Positions 8,995 through 18,371 of a stretch of 64,000 nt of DNA are shown here, piece by piece. Made by a program: the position numbers and the translations under genes. The first letter of the stretch is position 1. Each line of letters begins with the position of its first letter. The notes beneath the pieces were generated by a model. The model saw only the letters and a program-made list of their open reading frames with translations. It made no database searches and was not told the DNA's origin. This DNA is from an uncultured Actinomycetota bacterium (GTDB taxonomy: Bacteria > Actinomycetota > Actinomycetes > Streptosporangiales > Streptosporangiaceae), in contig CAVTIR010000009.1 of assembly GCA_963734665.1 (NCBI GenBank), positions 12,498-76,497 on the forward strand, given 5' to 3'.

Positions 8995-9672
8995 TCAGGC
9001 CGGGATGGGGACGGCCACCTGCGCGCGCGGAGCGGGGAGGTCGCGCGGGCGGACCTGCAGGCCGTGCGGGCCGGTGATCCGGTCGATGTCGATGGCGCCA
9101 GGGCCCGCGTTGTCGCACCCCGGCACCTGCGACGCGCCGAAGTGCCCGCCGCGCGCCCACGCGACCCGGCTGCGCCGGTCGGCGATGGCCGCGGCCGAGG
9201 CCGGCACGTCGAGGCGGTACCCCTCGGGCCGCCCGGCCGACCAGCGGCGGGGCACGCCCCAGGAGTCGAGCCAGCTCACAATCGTCTCGATGCCGACTAG
9301 CGTGCCGCTGGTGAACGGCTCGCCCGGATGCCCGAGCACGCCGATCTGCACGCATACCCGCCCCTCGGCGTTCACGTTCTCCGGGTGGACCCGGACGCGA
9401 CCCGGCGCCCAGTCGAGGTGATCGGCCGCGCCGAGCGCCCGGCCGGCCCGCAAGACGGAGATGAGCTGGGCGACGTCCCCGGTCACCGGGTCCCAGATGA
9501 GGTGGCACGGCCGCCGCTCGCCGATCAGCCGCTGGGCGGCTGACTGAACGGACACCGTGCCGGGGGCGGTGCCGAGGGTCAGCCAGACCGCACGGGGCGC
9601 ACCGCCGATCAGGGGGCCTCCGTCAGTCTCCGCCCGGATGCGCCTTGCTTCCGGCATCCATGCGTGTGCCAC
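8995..9672 (-). CDS. N-acetylmuramoyl-L-alanine amidase-like protein, apparently lacking Zn ligands
   Basis: GGAPRAVW, HLIWDP, VQIGV, GGHFGASQVPG resemble actinobacterial Amidase_2-type proteins (recognised by eye). Confidence 0.55.
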   Translation of the reverse strand: MAHAWMPEARRIRAETDGGPLIGGAPRAVWLTLGTAPGTVSVQSAAQRLIGERRPCHLIWDPVTGDVAQLISVLRAGRALGAADHLDWAPGRVRVHPENVNAEGRVCVQIGVLGHPGEPFTSGTLVGIETIVSWLDSWGVPRRWSAGRPEGYRLDVPASAAAIADRRSRVAWARGGHFGASQVPGCDNAGPGAIDIDRITGPHGLQVRPRDLPAPRAQVAVPIPA

Positions 9673-9952
9673 GACTCCGGCTCCCCTCCCAGATAAGGTC
9701 TAGACCGCGCGGTCCGCAGACTTATCTCCCTGCTTACGTCAGCCGCGGTGATTAGTCCAGAGGGGGTCCGGAATCCGTCAGCGCGTCGGCGGCGCAAGAA
9801 GAACGGGAGGAATCAACAATCGCGGCCGTTACCCGCCGGGTAGTCCGCAGAAGTACCGCGCAAACGCCAACCTCGCAATGACGTGCGCCTCATGAGGTGA
9901 CGGGGTTCACGCGCGACCGCAAGCGCACCCCTAACGAGACCCTAACGAAACC

Positions 9953-10495
9953 CTAGCGCTGCCCCGAGCGTGCCTTGAAGTACAGGCTCGACTCCGACCG
10001 CCACAGCAGGGCGATCGCGCCGCAACCGCATACCCATTCCGCGACCTCGAGAACAAAGCTGATGATGTTGACGACGAGAATGGTCTGCCCGCCGTGCAGG
10101 GAGTTGACGGCCGAGTAGAGGCTGATCGTCGACAAGGCGAAGAGCACCGATGCCACGATCCGCGCCCAGACGCGCCCGGACCTGTTCATTCTGGCCATCA
10201 GGACCCAGAGGGCGCAGTACACGATGGTCAAAATGATGACCTCGACGATGTCGCCGGTGAGGGCGCTGGAAGTGGGCTTGTTCCCGTTGTTGATCAAGTC
10301 GGGGTCGGAGATCACCGTAATGAGGGAGAACAGGCCCCCCAGCGCGGTGACCGCGGCACCGCCGAGCATGAACCTGACCGCTTTTCGCACTGGGCGAGGG
10401 ACGACGGAGTTGTCCGGGTCGCGGCCCGTGAGCTTCGTCTCGAGGCCTGTGAGAGCCGACTGGCCGCTGCGGCCGCCGGAGGATGTCTTCAACAT
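9953..10495 (-). CDS. Hypothetical 4-TM membrane protein
   Basis: Four hydrophobic segments, GRVWARIV, LLWRSESSLYF C-terminus; start uncertain. Confidence 0.75.
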   Translation of the reverse strand: MLKTSSGGRSGQSALTGLETKLTGRDPDNSVVPRPVRKAVRFMLGGAAVTALGGLFSLITVISDPDLINNGNKPTSSALTGDIVEVIILTIVYCALWVLMARMNRSGRVWARIVASVLFALSTISLYSAVNSLHGGQTILVVNIISFVLEVAEWVCGCGAIALLWRSESSLYFKARSGQR

Positions 10496-10746
10496 TGGGT
10501 GCCCTAACGTAACGCGCCGACTGACGAAGCATAGCTCTGATCTGCACGAAGCGTCGCCGGGCCCGGAAGCGCACCGTTGCCGCACTCTCTCCCTGCATCC
10601 CATAATTGCCAGAATCTCGTGTACCGACCCAGGGCGCGATATCATCTCAGCGTCATCACCGCATGCATGTGCGGATCGTCTGTGCAGACGGTTCGTGCAG
10701 ATGCAGTGCGAAGGTGGCAGAAGCGCCGGTGAATGGGGACGCCGGC

Positions 10747-11655
10747 ATGTCGGATTACCGAGAGGGGACCGCGTTGAGTGCTAGTGCGCCTGGGGGCGCC
10801 GCTCCCGCAGGCGGTCCGACTGTGCTCAGAATGCTGCTCGGCGCCCAGCTCAGGCGCCTCCGTGAGACCGCGGGCGTCACGCGAGACGACGCTGGCTACC
10901 ACATCCGCGCCTCGGGATCCAAGATCAGCCGGATGGAGCTTGGCCGGGTCTCGTTCAAGGAACGTGACGTCACCGACCTCCTTGAGTTCTACGGAGTCGA
11001 CGACCCGGCTGAGCGGGAGAAGTTGGTACAGCTCACCCGCGAGGCGAACGCGACCCCGTGGTACCAGAAGTTCCAGGATGTGGTCCCTGACTGGTTCCAC
11101 GTCTTCGTGGGACTCGAAGAGGCCGCCCAGCTGATCCGTGTCTACGAGGTCCAGTTCGTGCCCGGCCTGCTGCAGACCGAGGAGTACGCCCGCGCCGTCA
11201 TCCTGCAGGGCGCCCCCGGCCTGGACCCGGACGAAGTCGACCGCCGGGTGGCGCTGCGGATGGGCAGGCAGAAGCTGCTGACGCGGGAGAGCCCGCCCCG
11301 GTACTGGGTGATCATGGACGAGGCGGCGCTGCGCCGCCCGATGGGCGGCCGCGATGTGCACGTCGGACAGATCGAGCGGCTCATCGACCTGGTCGGCGAG
11401 CCCAACATCACCATTCAGGTGATGCCCTTCAGGTACGGTGGGCACGCGGCCGAGGGCGGCGCGTTCACCATCATGCGGTTCCCTGAAACCGACCTGCCTG
11501 ACGTGGTGTACATGGAGTACCTGACCGGCGCGCACTACATTGACAAGCCTGAAGAAGTCGAGCGCTACGCCGCGGTGATGGAACGCCTCTCGGTGGCGGG
11601 TACGTCACCCGACCGGACCAGGGAGATCCTGACCGGGATGCTGAAAGACATCTGA
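10747..11655 (+). CDS. XRE-family HTH / DUF5753 (WhiJ/Scr1-like) regulator
   Basis: LGAQLRRLRE, SKISRMELG, GLEEAA, VPGLLQTEEYARA, DEAALRR. Confidence 0.93.
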   Translation: MSDYREGTALSASAPGGAAPAGGPTVLRMLLGAQLRRLRETAGVTRDDAGYHIRASGSKISRMELGRVSFKERDVTDLLEFYGVDDPAEREKLVQLTREANATPWYQKFQDVVPDWFHVFVGLEEAAQLIRVYEVQFVPGLLQTEEYARAVILQGAPGLDPDEVDRRVALRMGRQKLLTRESPPRYWVIMDEAALRRPMGGRDVHVGQIERLIDLVGEPNITIQVMPFRYGGHAAEGGAFTIMRFPETDLPDVVYMEYLTGAHYIDKPEEVERYAAVMERLSVAGTSPDRTREILTGMLKDI

Positions 11656-11664
11656 GAGGGGCCA

Positions 11665-11910
11665 ATGGCCGACGGGGTGTACAACGGAATGCCGGCGGGC
11701 GACCTGCCGGATCTGCAGTGGCGGCTGGCAGGCGGCACTGCTGACAAAGATGGGGGCGTCGGCGTGGAGATGGCCCGGCTGCCCGGCGGCCAGATCGCCG
11801 TCCGCAACGCCGCCGACCCGGAGGGGCCGGCGCTGATCTACACCAAGGCTGAGATCGAGGCGCTCATCGGTGGCGCGCAGGATGGCGATTTCGACGCGCT
11901 GCTTTCCTGA
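11665..11910 (+). CDS. DUF397 protein (XRE partner)
   Basis: YNGMPA, VEMARLPGGQIAVRN..DPEGPALIYT..E...GDFD; directly after the XRE gene. Confidence 0.88.
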   Translation: MADGVYNGMPAGDLPDLQWRLAGGTADKDGGVGVEMARLPGGQIAVRNAADPEGPALIYTKAEIEALIGGAQDGDFDALLS

Positions 11911-12303
11911 CGGGCCGATGGCAAAAACCGCCATCATATCGGCCCGTCACGAAAGCCTGTCTCCCGGGGGGACGACCCCCCGTACCCCCCGATGTCCGCG
12001 CTGGCGCGCGGACGGCTTGGCGTGCGCTGGCAAAACCGGCGATGGTATCGGCCTGCCAGGACAGGCCATCTTCGGGGGGACGACCCCCCGTACCTCCCGT
12101 TGTCCGCGCTGGCGCGCGGACGGCTTGGCGGGCGCTGGCAAAACCGGCGATGGTATCGGCCTGCCAGGACAGGCCATCTTCGGGGGGACGACCCCCCGTA
12201 CCTCCCGTTGTCCGCGCTGGCGCGCGGACGGCTTGGCGGGCGCTGGCAAAACCGGCGATGGTATCGGCCTGCCAGGACAGGCCATCTTCGGGGGGACGAC
12301 CCT
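11908..12303 (+). repeat. Family-1 palindromic element: module B hairpin plus 3 x 108-bp tandem array
   Basis: Hairpin 11908-11949 overlaps the DUF397 stop; GGGGGACGACCC recurs at about 11966, 12074, 12182, 12290. Confidence 0.92.
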
Positions 12304-12427
12304 CTGCGCCGCTCGAACGAAGGCTGCGGGTTGTTCGTTATTCCGGCTAAGCGATGGCAGAAACATCAGCGTGCCGGGAGCGGAGCGTACGGGGTGGTTT
12401 CCTGGCTGCGGCGGTGTGTGCGGGTAG

Positions 12428-13306
12428 TTGGGAGCTTTGGTGAAGTCGGATAGTTCGCAGCTGGCCGTTGCTGGAGAAGATCAAGATCGAGACCGGTTCT
12501 TCCGAACGGGCGGTTGGCTTCGTCTTACCCGGCCCGAGGATGCTCCGGAGCTGTCGCGCCGGGAGCGGGTTCTCCTCCGCTGGGAGATCATCTCCGTCTT
12601 CGCGGTGTCGCTCGGCGCGAGCGGCCTCTACGCGTTCGTCTCGCTCATCGGCTCGCTGACCGCGCGCCACTCGCTCGCGTCGCAGTCGGTGACCCTGAAC
12701 GGCTCGCAGGCACCAGGCCGCCCGCTGCTCGACCTGTGCCTGCAACTGGTCTCGCTCGCCTCGGGTGCCGCCCCGGTGCTGCTCGCGTTCTACCTGCTCG
12801 CCCGCTCCGGCGACGGCGCGAAGTCGATCGGCGTGGACCTCACCCAGCCCCGGCGCGACTTCCTGCGCGGCGCTTCGCTCGCGGCCCTCATCGGCGGCTG
12901 CGGCCTCGGCCTGTACTTCATCGCGTACAAGTCCGGCATCGCGCTGAACGTCGTCGCGGAGAACGAGCCGGACGTCTGGTGGCGGTACCCCATCCTGCTG
13001 CTGTCCGCGTTCCAGAACGGCCTGCTCGAAGAGGTCCTGGTCACCGGCTACCTGCTGACCCGGCTGCGCAAGCTTGGCGTGAACCCGTGGGCGGCTGTGG
13101 CGATCAGCGCGACGCTGCGCGGCTCCTATCACCTGTACCAGGGCTTCGGCGGCTTCATCGGCAACGCGATCATGGGCATCATCTTCGGCACACTGTTCCT
13201 GCGCTGGCGCCGCGCGACCCCGATGATCATCGCGCACACGCTGATCGACGCGGTCGCCTTCATCGGCTACGCCCTCCTGGTGGGCCACGTCAGCTGGTTG
13301 ATGTAG
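12428..13306 (+). CDS. CPBP (CAAX/Abi) intramembrane metalloprotease
   Basis: Multiple TM helices, LLEEVLVTGY, RGSYHLYQG, IIAHTLID. Confidence 0.92.
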   Translation: MGALVKSDSSQLAVAGEDQDRDRFFRTGGWLRLTRPEDAPELSRRERVLLRWEIISVFAVSLGASGLYAFVSLIGSLTARHSLASQSVTLNGSQAPGRPLLDLCLQLVSLASGAAPVLLAFYLLARSGDGAKSIGVDLTQPRRDFLRGASLAALIGGCGLGLYFIAYKSGIALNVVAENEPDVWWRYPILLLSAFQNGLLEEVLVTGYLLTRLRKLGVNPWAAVAISATLRGSYHLYQGFGGFIGNAIMGIIFGTLFLRWRRATPMIIAHTLIDAVAFIGYALLVGHVSWLM

Positions 13307-13433
13307 CTCGCGGGGGCCCGCGTCTTCTGCTTTCTCAGAACCCTCAGTGGTTTCAGAAGTTGCTTGACGTTCTCCTTGTGATGCCGTTATCGTGTCGCGA
13401 CGATCACATTCTGGATCGCTGAGAAAGAGTCCA

Positions 13434-14285
13434 GTGGCCACTCATTCAGCTCTTCCCGCGCCTCGGGGGACGGGGGAGCACGTATTGGCAGCACCCGCTT
13501 CTGGCGCCGAGGGTGCTCGGCGGGTGCTCGCTGTCCTACAGGCATTCTCGCCGCAGCAGCACACGCTGACCGCCAGGGAGCTAGCCGAACTCACGGCTAT
13601 CCCGTTGCCCAGTATGTACCGATATATCGCGCTATTGCGCGATACAGGCCTGCTGATCGGCGACGACCACGGCGCCTACCACCTGTCGCCGAGGTTCATC
13701 TCGCTGGCCCGCGCCGCGGAGGCCGCCGAGACGCTGATCGACGTCGCCGACCCGGTCATGCGCGACCTGGTCCGCGAGTGCGGCGAGACGGTGATCTTTG
13801 TCAGGCTGATCGCCCGTGTGCCGGTCTGCGTTCACCGGGTGGAGTCGGAGCACCACCTGCGCGCCACGTTCGAGCCGGGCCAGTCGCTGCCGCTCCTGCA
13901 GGGCGCGAGCGGGCGGGTGCTGCTCGCGGGGCTGACCGAGCGGCAGCGGCGCGACCTGCTCGCGCCACTGGCGCAGACCGACCCGACTGCGGCCGTCCGG
14001 CTCGAGCAGGAGATCGCCAAGGTCGCCGCCCGTGGCTGGGCGACAAGCGAGGAGGAGATCGACCGCGGCGTCTGGGCCGCGGCGGCGGCGGTGACGGACG
14101 GGCGCTCGACGGTCGCGGCACTGACCGTGCCGTCTCCGCTGGTCCGCGCCCCGTCCGCACAGCAGGAACGGCTGCTCGGCCAGGTCCGGACCGCTGCGGC
14201 CAGGCTCAGCCGCCTCATCGAGAACGCGAGGTTATCGGCGCGAAAAACCGATCGGGCACGCGCCCGGACCAAAGCCGTGTGGTGA
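13434..14285 (+). CDS. IclR-family transcriptional regulator
   Basis: N-terminal HTH (RVLAVLQAF...SMYRYI), GETV, GASGRVLLA, ARGWATSEEEIDRGVWA; start uncertain. Confidence 0.9.
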   Translation: MATHSALPAPRGTGEHVLAAPASGAEGARRVLAVLQAFSPQQHTLTARELAELTAIPLPSMYRYIALLRDTGLLIGDDHGAYHLSPRFISLARAAEAAETLIDVADPVMRDLVRECGETVIFVRLIARVPVCVHRVESEHHLRATFEPGQSLPLLQGASGRVLLAGLTERQRRDLLAPLAQTDPTAAVRLEQEIAKVAARGWATSEEEIDRGVWAAAAAVTDGRSTVAALTVPSPLVRAPSAQQERLLGQVRTAAARLSRLIENARLSARKTDRARARTKAVW

Positions 14286-14390
14286 CTCAGGTAACTTGTC
14301 GGGAACGCACAACAGTCTTGGCGATTTTCTCAAGCATTTCCAGAGTCTTAGCCGGTTACTTGACCTCTATTCAACCGTTATCCTGCCCGC

Positions 14391-15944
14391 ATGCCAGATT
14401 TCCAGAGTTCGCCTGAACTAACCACCGAGATTCCTGGCACGAGTATCGATATCTCTTCGCTCTCAGTGGCCGGACTGCGGCAGGCGATGACCGATGGCGA
14501 GCTCACCGCGACTGCGCTTACCCGGCGTTACCTGGATCGCATCGCGGAGATGAACCCCGCACTCGGCGCCGTGATCGCGGCGAGCCCTGACGCCCTCGAC
14601 CAGGCGGCCGCGAGCGATGCCGCCATCCAGGCCGGCCAGCCGCGCGGCGCGCTTGAGGGAATCCCGGTCCTGGTCAAGGACAACGTCCAGGTGGCGGGCG
14701 CGCCCGCCACCGCGGGCTCGCCGGCGCTGCTCGCGGCCCGGCCGCCGGACGCTTTCCTCGTCTCCCGGCTGCGCGCGGCCGGCGCGATCATCCTGGCCAA
14801 GGCGAACCTGTCGGAATGGGCGAACTTCCGGTCAACCCGGTCGACGAGCGGCTGGTCCACGCTGGGCGGCCAGACCGCGAACCCGTACGCGCTCGACCGT
14901 AACCCGTCGGGCTCAAGCTCGGGCTCGGCCGCGGGGCTCTCGGCGGGCTTCGCACCGCTGGCCATCGGCACGGAAACGGACGGGTCGATCGTCTCCCCGT
15001 CAAGCGCCTGCGGCGTGGTCGGCCTCAAGCCGACCCTCGGCCTCGTCAGCCGGGCCGGCATCGTGCCGCTGTCGCTGGAACAGGACACCGCGGGCCCAAT
15101 GGCCACCTCGGTCGCGGACGCGGCGGCGCTGCTTTCTGTGCTCGCCGCCGCCGACCCCGACGACTGTGCGCCCGATCATCCCGGCGTTATCGACTACTCG
15201 GCATTCCTCGACCCGGCGGCCCTGGAAGGGGCGCGGATCGGCGTCTGGCGCGCGGTCTCGGCCAACGCGGACGCCGCGAGCGAGGCGCTGCTCGACGCGG
15301 CGGTCGACTGCCTCTCCTCGCTCGGTGCCACGCTGATCGATCCCGTGGACCTGCCGGACATCGACCTGGTCACCGAGCCCGAGTTCGACGCGCTGAACTA
15401 CGAGTTCAAGCACGGGATCAACGCCTACCTCAAGTACCTGGCCGCGTTCGCCGATTCCGAGTTGCCGGGGACGCTGGCCGACCTGATCGAATTCAATCGG
15501 CGGAACGCCCCCTTCGTACTCGCCCGGTTCGGCCAGGAGATCTTCCAGGCGGCACAGGCGACAAGCGGTAACCTAGCCGACCCTGTCTACCTGGAGTTGC
15601 GCGGCGCGGCGCGCTCCCTGGCCAGGACGGCGGTGGAAACGCCGACGGTGAAGCACAACCTGGACGCGATCTTCTCGCTGACCGCGAACCCGGCGTGGCT
15701 GACCGACTACGTCCTCGGCGACCACAGCGTCTTCGGTTCCTCGCGGCCCGGGGCGGTCTCTGGCTGGCCTGCGATCACCGTCCCGTTCGGCTTCGTCAGC
15801 GGTCTCCCGGTCGGCGTCTCGTTCCTCGGCCCCCGCTGGAGCGAGCCCCGCCTCCTCGCCCTGGCCTACGCCTTCGAGCAGGCGACGCTCTCCCGGCTCG
15901 CTCCCGCCCTCCACTCGTCGATCAGCACCACGTCTCTTGGTTAG
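14391..15944 (+). CDS. Amidase-signature family amidase
   Basis: GIPVLVKDN, KANLSEWANFRS, NPSGSSSGS, GTETDGSI. Confidence 0.93.
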   Translation: MPDFQSSPELTTEIPGTSIDISSLSVAGLRQAMTDGELTATALTRRYLDRIAEMNPALGAVIAASPDALDQAAASDAAIQAGQPRGALEGIPVLVKDNVQVAGAPATAGSPALLAARPPDAFLVSRLRAAGAIILAKANLSEWANFRSTRSTSGWSTLGGQTANPYALDRNPSGSSSGSAAGLSAGFAPLAIGTETDGSIVSPSSACGVVGLKPTLGLVSRAGIVPLSLEQDTAGPMATSVADAAALLSVLAAADPDDCAPDHPGVIDYSAFLDPAALEGARIGVWRAVSANADAASEALLDAAVDCLSSLGATLIDPVDLPDIDLVTEPEFDALNYEFKHGINAYLKYLAAFADSELPGTLADLIEFNRRNAPFVLARFGQEIFQAAQATSGNLADPVYLELRGAARSLARTAVETPTVKHNLDAIFSLTANPAWLTDYVLGDHSVFGSSRPGAVSGWPAITVPFGFVSGLPVGVSFLGPRWSEPRLLALAYAFEQATLSRLAPALHSSISTTSLG

Positions 15945-16001
15945 TTAGCAAATACGTCTGCATAGGCAAACGCATTTGCCTGCCGGGCAAGTGCATCCGC
16001 C

Positions 16002-16156
16002 GCTATTGCCGTGGGCCGCTATTGCCCTGGGCCGCTATTGCCGTGGGCGCTATTGCCGTGGGCGCTATTGCCGTGGGCGCTATTGCCGTGGGCGCTGTTG
16101 TCGTGGGCTGCTAATGTCGTGGGCTGCTAATGTCGTGGGCGCAAATGCCGTGGGCC
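16002..16156. repeat. Tandem 15-16 bp repeat, about 10 units
   Basis: GCTATTGCCGTGGGC units, degenerating towards the 3' end. Confidence 0.9.
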
Positions 16157-16228
16157 GCGGACGCCGCCTCGCGGCCCATCGTCAGGAAATTTCATGAAAT
16201 CGACCCGTTCCTTACTGGACTCGAAAAA

Positions 16229-16276
16229 GATAGTGGATACCTAGATACGCTAGGGCGTATTCAGGTATCCACTATC
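16229..16276. repeat. Family-2 48-nt hairpin element, copy 1
   Basis: GATAGTGGAT-28 nt-ATCCACTATC; flanked by an 18-bp direct repeat at 16185 and 16352. Confidence 0.85.
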
Positions 16277-16485
16277 TTCGAGTCGGCCCTCCCGGCGCGG
16301 CGCGACAGCCGCGGTATTCGGCATGCCGGGCGCCGCAAAGTGCAACAATCCGGAAATTTCATGAAATCGGCCTATGCCCGGCAACGTCGCATACGCGCCC
16401 GTGTGCGTTGCTCCGGCCAGCCGACCCTGCTGGACCCGCCGACCCCGCTGGACCCGCCGGAGCCCGCTGGACCCGCCGGAGCCCA

Positions 16486-16532
16486 CCAATTGCGCTTTTG
16501 GGCGGCAAGAACCAGCCCAAAAGCGCAATTGG
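16486..16532. repeat. Family-3 hairpin, possibly also the trpB2 terminator
   Basis: CCAATTGCGCTTTTGGGC-11 nt-GCCCAAAAGCGCAATTGG; preceded by CTGGACCCGCCG x4. Confidence 0.75.
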
Positions 16533-16578
16533 CTCGCTGTCCGGCCACGGCATACGGGCCGGGGCGCGAAAGTGCTCG

Positions 16579-17952
16579 CTACGCGCCCGGAATCGCCGGC
16601 AGGCTGGCCAGCGCGGCGTCAATCCGGTCCTGCGGCAGCTCGAAGTCGGTCATCTCACCCGAGAGGTACCGCTCGTACGCCACCATGTCGAAGTGCCCGT
16701 GCCCGCACAGCGCCGTCAGGATGACCTTCGATTCCCCGGTTTCCGCGCACCGCTTGGCCTCCTCGACCACGGCCGCGATCGCATGCGAGGGCTCAGGCGC
16801 GGGGATGATCCCCTCGGCCCGTGCGAACGTGAGCGCGGCGGCGAAGCACTCCCGCTGAGGCTTGGCGACCGCCTCGAACAGCCCGAGCTCGTACATGTGC
16901 GAGAGCAGCGGAGACATCCCGTGGTACCGCAGCCCGCCCGCGTGCACCGGGTCGGGGATAAACCCGTGCCCGAGCGTGTGCATCTTCAGCAGGGGAGTGA
17001 ACCCCGCCGTGTCGCCAAAGTCATACGCGTAGATCCCGCGCGTGAACGACGGGCACGCGGCAGGCTCGACGGCACGGATCACCGGGTTCATCCGCCCCGC
17101 CAGCTTCTCGCGCAGGAACGGGAAGAACAACCCGGCGAAGTTCGACCCGCCCCCGGTGCAGCCCACGATCAGGTCAGGCCCCGCGTCCTCGCCGGCCAGC
17201 GCGAACTGCGCCACCGCCTCCTGCCCGATGACCGTCTGGTGCATGAGCACGTGGTTGAGTACCGAGCCGAGCGCATAGCGCGTCTGCGCGGACCCGGCCG
17301 CCGCTTCGACGGCCTCGCTGATCGCGATCCCGAGCGACCCGGGCGAGTCAGGGTCGTCGGCGAGCACCTTCAGTCCCGCCTGGGTGGCCCGCGACGGCGA
17401 CGGGTGCACGGTCGCGCCCCAGGTCTGCATCATCGTGCGCCGGTGCGGCTTCTGGTCGTAGGAGGCGCGGACCATCCAGATCTCGCAGTCGAGCCCGAAC
17501 TGCCCGGACGCGAACGCCAGCGCGCTGCCCCACTGCCCGGCCCCGGTCTCGGTCGTGAGCCGCTTGGTGCCCTCGACCGAGTTGTAGTACGCCTGCGGCA
17601 CCGCGGTGTTCGGCTTGTGTGACCCGGCGGGAGAGACGCCCTCGTACTTGTAGTAGATCCTGGCGGGCGTGTTCAGCAGCTTCTCAAGCCGCCTGGCGCG
17701 GAACAAGGGCGTCGGCCGCCAGAGCTTGTAGATGTCGATGACCTCGCCGGGGATATCAACGTACGGCTCGCCCGTGACCTCCTGGCGGATGAGCTCCATC
17801 GGGAACAGCGGGGCGAGGTCGTCCGGCCCGACTGGCTGCCCCGTGCCCGGGTGCAGCGGCGGTGGCGGCGGCGCGGGCAGGTCCGGGATGACGTTGTACC
17901 ACTGCGCCGGGATCTGCGACTCATCGAGGATGAACTTGGTCCGCTCGCTCAT
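16579..17952 (-). CDS. trpB2: TrpB-like PLP enzyme (TrpB2)
   Basis: [51 protein letters not shown]; start ATG 17952. Confidence 0.93.
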   Translation of the reverse strand: MSERTKFILDESQIPAQWYNVIPDLPAPPPPPLHPGTGQPVGPDDLAPLFPMELIRQEVTGEPYVDIPGEVIDIYKLWRPTPLFRARRLEKLLNTPARIYYKYEGVSPAGSHKPNTAVPQAYYNSVEGTKRLTTETGAGQWGSALAFASGQFGLDCEIWMVRASYDQKPHRRTMMQTWGATVHPSPSRATQAGLKVLADDPDSPGSLGIAISEAVEAAAGSAQTRYALGSVLNHVLMHQTVIGQEAVAQFALAGEDAGPDLIVGCTGGGSNFAGLFFPFLREKLAGRMNPVIRAVEPAACPSFTRGIYAYDFGDTAGFTPLLKMHTLGHGFIPDPVHAGGLRYHGMSPLLSHMYELGLFEAVAKPQRECFAAALTFARAEGIIPAPEPSHAIAAVVEEAKRCAETGESKVILTALCGHGHFDMVAYERYLSGEMTDFELPQDRIDAALASLPAIPGA

Positions 17953-18371
17953 GAAGGTCCTCCGGGGGAGCGATGTGAAAATTCGCGTGCCGCTAAACAG
18001 CAGGCACATGATCGGCACCCTACGCCGCCCACCGGATCGCCACCAGAATCCCTCCAGTCGCCCGGGCACCGCCCGCCCGCAGTATCCACGGCTTAGGTCC
18101 AGAAATGTCGGGCGCTGACATGCTACGACATTCCGGAAATTTCATGTTTTGAGCTAGTTGGAGGGAAGTTCGGGAGGAAGAGACATAATGTGGACTTATC
18201 CGTGAAACTACCTCTCGTTCGGAATCACTCGCAACAGGATTGGGGCGGACCCGCGAGTTTGCGCGGCGGCCTGTCGGCGGTCAAGGGCGCCCTGGACGCG
18301 CGCGGCGATATCACCCTGGCCGCTTAAATCGCGACCGCATCGGCACTGTCGGATTGTGGAAGGCTGGGACC

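Noticed and set aside
9680-9950. c-di-AMP or other riboswitch upstream of the amidase-like gene
   Set aside because: Only a short GAATCCGTCAGC resemblance, on the wrong strand; the other conserved elements were not found.
11960-12303. CRISPR array
   Set aside because: The sequences between conserved motifs are near-identical rather than unique spacers, and there are no cas genes.
11870-12453. Repeat-protein ORFs in several frames
   Set aside because: They are by-products of the stop-poor 108-bp array, with no RBS or codon-bias support.
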